This document shows, piece by piece, positions 30,628 to 35,212 of a DNA stretch of 35,212 nucleotides; within the stretch, counting starts at the first letter, position 1, and the number at the start of each line of letters is the position of its first letter. The notes beneath the pieces were generated by a model. That model saw nothing but the letters and a program-made list of their open reading frames with translations, was not told the DNA's origin and made no database searches. The DNA is taken from the NCBI GenBank assembly GCA_036149055.1, contig JAYZQJ010000002.1, positions 1-35,212 on the forward strand, written 5' to 3'. This DNA is from Myxococcota bacterium (GTDB lineage: Bacteria; Myxococcota_A; Polyangia; Polyangiales; Sandaracinaceae). Both the position numbers and the translations under genes were made by a program.

Positions 30628-31930
30628 TCAGCGCGCCGGAGAGGTTGAAGTAGAGGCTCGCGCCGCCGCCGTCGAAGCCGGACTCGTCGATGGCGTAGGT
30701 CATCGGGACCATGTAGCCGATGATCCGGCCGTCGCGGGTGATGCTGAACGGGCCGCCGTCCTCGTCGGTCTCGTCGAGGAACGCCATGTCGGTGCGGCCG
30801 AAGCGCTCGGCCTCCGCGTTCCACTGCTCACGCTCGCGCTCGGCGGCGGCGCGGATCGCCTCCGGCAGGTCGCGGAAGGAGACGGGGTCGAAGGCGTCGC
30901 TGCTGTCGATCGAGACGAGCTCGCCGGCCTCGTCGGCGACCTGTCCGATGAAGTCGTCGTCGGCGCGCGCGGCGCTGTCGCACTCCTCCATGCAGCCGTC
31001 CCACGGGCCCTCGTCCCAGGCGCCCTCGGTCGCGGCGCAGGTCGCGCGGCAGGCCTCGACGGTGCCCGCGGCGTAGTCGGCGCCGCCGCAGTCGACGTGC
31101 CCCTGCACCAGCTCGAGGCAGTTGCCGTTGTAGCCGCTCCAGCAGGCGTTCGCGGCGGTGTTCTCGATCTCGTCCGAGCTGTAGTAGCCGCCGATCTCCT
31201 CGCAGCCGGAGAGGCAGCTCGTCATCACCCCGAGGCAGGCCTCGCTCTGGTCGGCGAAGAAGGGCAGCTGCCCGATGATCGTGTCGCAGGCCCCGGCGTC
31301 GTCGGTGCACGCGTCGGCGCAGGGCTCACCCTGCGAGGCGAGGCAGCCCTCGAAGATGCTGCGGGCGCGGGCGTCGGCGACCCGGCCGTCCCAGCTGGGC
31401 AGCTCCGCGAGCGCGCAGTCCGCCGCGTCCTGGATGCAGAGGCTCTGACGCGCGATCGGGTCGACCGGCACGCCGTCGCAGGCGCCGCCGGTGCAGGCGG
31501 TCTCCAGGACGAAGCCGCCGGCGCCCTCGCCGCGGTAGGCCTTCACGAGGATGTGGTGCTCACCGCCCTGCTCGAGGGTGTAGTCGAGGGTGACGGAGTC
31601 GGCGGTGACGTCGAACGAGGCCGGCCGCAGGAACACCTCGGTGCCGCGGTAGAGGTAGGCGGACGGCCGGAGATCGCCGCTCGTGCGGCGCACCGTGAGC
31701 CGGATCTGGTCGCCCTCGTCGAGCGCGATCGCGTAGAGCACGAGCCCGTCGCCCGACGTCTCGCCCATGGCCCGATCGCCGAGCCGGAGGGTGGTCGCCC
31801 CGAACGCGCCGTCGGCCTTCGCGGCGGCGACCGCCCCGGGCTCGAGCTCCGGCGTGCTGGGGTCGAGGCCATCGGCGGCGCAGCCACCGAGCGAGAGCAC
31901 GAGCATCAGGATCGTGACGAGCTTCTTCAT
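30602..31930 (-). CDS. Lipoprotein with KADG motif, PPC-like beta-sandwich and Cys-rich/acidic C-terminal region
   Basis: SD aggagg; MKKLVTILMLVLSLGG-C17 lipobox; AAAKADG; PPC-like VLYAIALDEGDQIRLTV...GEHHILVKAY...GGFVLE; many Cys. Overlaps the convergent kinase by 26 bp. Confidence 0.8.
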   Translation of the reverse strand: MKKLVTILMLVLSLGGCAADGLDPSTPELEPGAVAAAKADGAFGATTLRLGDRAMGETSGDGLVLYAIALDEGDQIRLTVRRTSGDLRPSAYLYRGTEVFLRPASFDVTADSVTLDYTLEQGGEHHILVKAYRGEGAGGFVLETACTGGACDGVPVDPIARQSLCIQDAADCALAELPSWDGRVADARARSIFEGCLASQGEPCADACTDDAGACDTIIGQLPFFADQSEACLGVMTSCLSGCEEIGGYYSSDEIENTAANACWSGYNGNCLELVQGHVDCGGADYAAGTVEACRATCAATEGAWDEGPWDGCMEECDSAARADDDFIGQVADEAGELVSIDSSDAFDPVSFRDLPEAIRAAAEREREQWNAEAERFGRTDMAFLDETDEDGGPFSITRDGRIIGYMVPMTYAIDESGFDGGGASLYFNLSGALITSVEWWG

Positions 31931-31955
31931 CGGGTTCCTCCTGCGCCGCCCCTCC

Positions 31956-31971
31956 TCAAGGCGCGTGCCAG
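31956..31971 (-). promoter_or_regulatory. Candidate sigma54 promoter for the 31930 lipoprotein
   Basis: Minus strand CTGGCACG-CGCC-TTGA: perfect -24 box, -12 box with GA instead of GC. Predicted +1 near 31944, just upstream of the SD at 31942-31937. Confidence 0.55.
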
Positions 31972-32110
31972 GCCAACCGCGGGTGTCGATCCGCCCCACC
32001 GGGTGGCCACTCGAGTGGCCGTGGCGCCTCGGCGGAGCGCCCGCTGCTCCACCCGGTGACGCGACGGTGACGACCTTCACGTCGCGTCGTCACGGCCGTA
32101 CGGGATCGGC

Positions 32111-33517
32111 GTGTCCGCCCCCGATCTCGCGCGCTTCGCGGTCGACTCGCTCGATCTGCTCTGCATCGCCGACGACAACGGAATGTTCCGCTGGGTCAAC
32201 GCGGCGTGGACCCGCCTGCTCGGGTGGTCCGAGGACGAGCTGAAGGCGAGGCCGTTCCTCGACTTCGTGCACCCCGAGGACGTCGAGGCGACCCTCGCCG
32301 AGGTCGCCACCCTGAGCGAAGGCGTGCCGACCATCCGGTTCATCAACCGATACCGGACGAAGGACGGCCGCTACGTGTGGCTCGAGTGGGTGACGCGCCC
32401 TTACGAGGGCGGGCTGCTCTACGCGATCGCGCGCGACGTGGGCGAGCGGCAGGTCGAGCTGCTCGAGTCGCGGCGCCGGGTGCGGCTGCTCGAGCTCGCC
32501 GAGCAGGTCTCGCGGACCGGTCACTGGCGCCTCGGCGTCGCCGACGAGCGCCCCCACTGGTCGCCCGAGGTCTACCGCATCCACGGGCTCGACCCGACGC
32601 AGCCGCCGCCGCTCGTCGCCGACGCGATCGACGCCTATCACCCCGAGGACCGCGAGCACGTGAACCGACACGTGGCGGTCGCGATGGAGCAGGGCCGCGG
32701 CTTCGACTTCGAGCTCCGGCTGGTGCGCGCGGACGGCGAGGTGCGGCTCGTGCACTCGCTCGGGCGCACCGAGCTGAACGACGCCGGCGAGGTCGAGGCG
32801 CTCTTCGGCGTCTTCCGCGACATCACGGACGACGCGCGCCTGCGGGCCTGGCGCAACCGGGAGCTGGAGGCCTTCGCCTACGCCGCCGCGCACGGGCTGC
32901 AGGGCCCGCTCGAGACGGTCGTCGGCCTCGCCACCATCCTCGCCGAGGAGGCGGAGGCGCTCCCGCCCCAGGCCGGCGGGCGCGTCCAGCGGCTCGGCGA
33001 GGGCGCGCGTTACCTGCGCCGGCTGGTCGACGGAATGACCGCCTTCGCCTCGACCCACGTGCGCGACGACGCGATGGAGGAGGTCTCCCTCGGCGACCTC
33101 GTCCGCGCCGCCGCCGAGACCCTGCGCGACGCGCCCCACCTCGCCCTCGAGGTCGGCCCGATGCCGACCGTGCGGGTCGACCCGGCCCGGCTGCGCCTCG
33201 TGTTCGAGCACCTCTTCGACAACGTGGTCCGCCACGCCGGCGGCGCGCGCCGGGTGACCGTCTCGGCGCGCCGCGAGGGCAGCACGCATCACCTCGAGCT
33301 CACCGACGACGGCGTGGGCTTCGACCCCGCGCACGCCGAGCGGGTCTTCGGCCTCTTCCAGACCCTCGCCCCGCGCGCCGCGGAGGACGAGCGCCACACC
33401 GGCCTCGGCCTCAGCGTCTGTCGGCGCGTGATCGAAGGCCACGGCGGCCGGATCCACGCCTCGCCCCAGCTCGGGGCCGGGGTCACGATCGGCTTCACGA
33501 TCCCCGAGCGCGCCTGA
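32111..33517 (+). CDS. PAS-PAS sensor histidine kinase with atypical H-box
   Basis: PAS1 DLLCIADDNG...VNAAWTRLLGWS...FVHPED; PAS2 WSPEVYRIHG...YHPEDR; H-box AAHGLQGPL; DDGVGF; VFGLFQTL; TGLGLSVCRRVIEGHGGRI. Confidence 0.9.
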   Translation: MSAPDLARFAVDSLDLLCIADDNGMFRWVNAAWTRLLGWSEDELKARPFLDFVHPEDVEATLAEVATLSEGVPTIRFINRYRTKDGRYVWLEWVTRPYEGGLLYAIARDVGERQVELLESRRRVRLLELAEQVSRTGHWRLGVADERPHWSPEVYRIHGLDPTQPPPLVADAIDAYHPEDREHVNRHVAVAMEQGRGFDFELRLVRADGEVRLVHSLGRTELNDAGEVEALFGVFRDITDDARLRAWRNRELEAFAYAAAHGLQGPLETVVGLATILAEEAEALPPQAGGRVQRLGEGARYLRRLVDGMTAFASTHVRDDAMEEVSLGDLVRAAAETLRDAPHLALEVGPMPTVRVDPARLRLVFEHLFDNVVRHAGGARRVTVSARREGSTHHLELTDDGVGFDPAHAERVFGLFQTLAPRAAEDERHTGLGLSVCRRVIEGHGGRIHASPQLGAGVTIGFTIPERA

Positions 33518-33907
33518 TCAGCCGTAGCGATCGGCGATGCGCTCGACCGCGGCCCGGGTCAGCGGCTTCACGAGGTACTCGGACACCGCCGCGTGGCTCG
33601 ACGCGCGCTCCAGATCCTTCGGCGCGCTCGAGCTGCTGAGGATCAGCACCCGGCTCGACGCGATCGCCGGCCCGAGCGCGTCGAGGAGATCGAAGCCGGT
33701 CGCGCCCCCGAGGTTGACGTCGAGCAGGATCAGCGAAGGCAGCGCGCCCCCTCGGAGCAGCGTCAGCGCCTCCGGCACGCTCCGCGCGGTCAGCACCTGC
33801 CCGAAGCGGCCGGACCGCTCGAGCCGCAGGGTCGCGATCAACAGATCGTCCGGGTCGTCCTCGACCACGAGGACGCTCGCGCGCTCGCGCTGCTCCACCG
33901 CGCCCAT
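33518..33907 (-). CDS. Single-domain response regulator (CheY/Rcp1-like)
   Basis: VLVVEDDPDD, LILLDVNLGGATGFDLL, ILSSS, YLVKPL. ATG 33907 (GTG 33910 possible). Confidence 0.9.
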   Translation of the reverse strand: MGAVEQRERASVLVVEDDPDDLLIATLRLERSGRFGQVLTARSVPEALTLLRGGALPSLILLDVNLGGATGFDLLDALGPAIASSRVLILSSSSAPKDLERASSHAAVSEYLVKPLTRAAVERIADRYG

Positions 33908-33947
33908 CACCCGGACCCCGAACGGCGGCGCGCCCGGGGGCTTGAGG

Positions 33948-35199
<1,252 letters not shown>

Positions 35200-35212
35200 C
35201 GGGGCCGGCCCC

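Overview
Very GC-rich bacterial chromosomal segment. A MYXO-CTERM tail, kinase-STAND-TPR fusions, an FHA-sigma54 activator, a TraB-like OmpA/TSP3 protein and Cys-rich lipoproteins point to a myxobacterium (Myxococcota, probably Polyangiales/Sandaracinus-like; inference). About 21 genes are supported: serB; a secreted HzsA-related diheme protein with MYXO-CTERM; a TfoX-N protein; two Ser/Thr kinase-ATPase fusions; a tightly packed four-gene operon (4x[4Fe-4S]-NrfD fusion, Mo/W-bisPGD catalytic subunit, long TorD/DmsD chaperone, SulP-STAS transporter); a CDP-alcohol phosphatidyltransferase; two histidine kinases and a receiver; an OmpA/TSP3 protein; a GH5 lipoprotein; two other lipoproteins; three hypothetical proteins; and a 5'-truncated FHA-AAA-Fis activator running into a poly-C artefact. 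The best candidate for an under-described system is the molybdoenzyme operon. It has no Tat signal, its Fe-S subunit is fused to a membrane anchor whose charge distribution suggests inverted (cytoplasm-facing) topology, it has an Arr/Psr-like Cys ligand motif, and it has its own anion transporter. Non-coding signals include REP/MITE-like palindromes at 3-127 and 19855-20114 and several sigma54-like promoters and palindromic operator candidates. No rRNA, tRNA, CRISPR array or transposase was seen. All family calls come from motif recognition by eye, not database searches.
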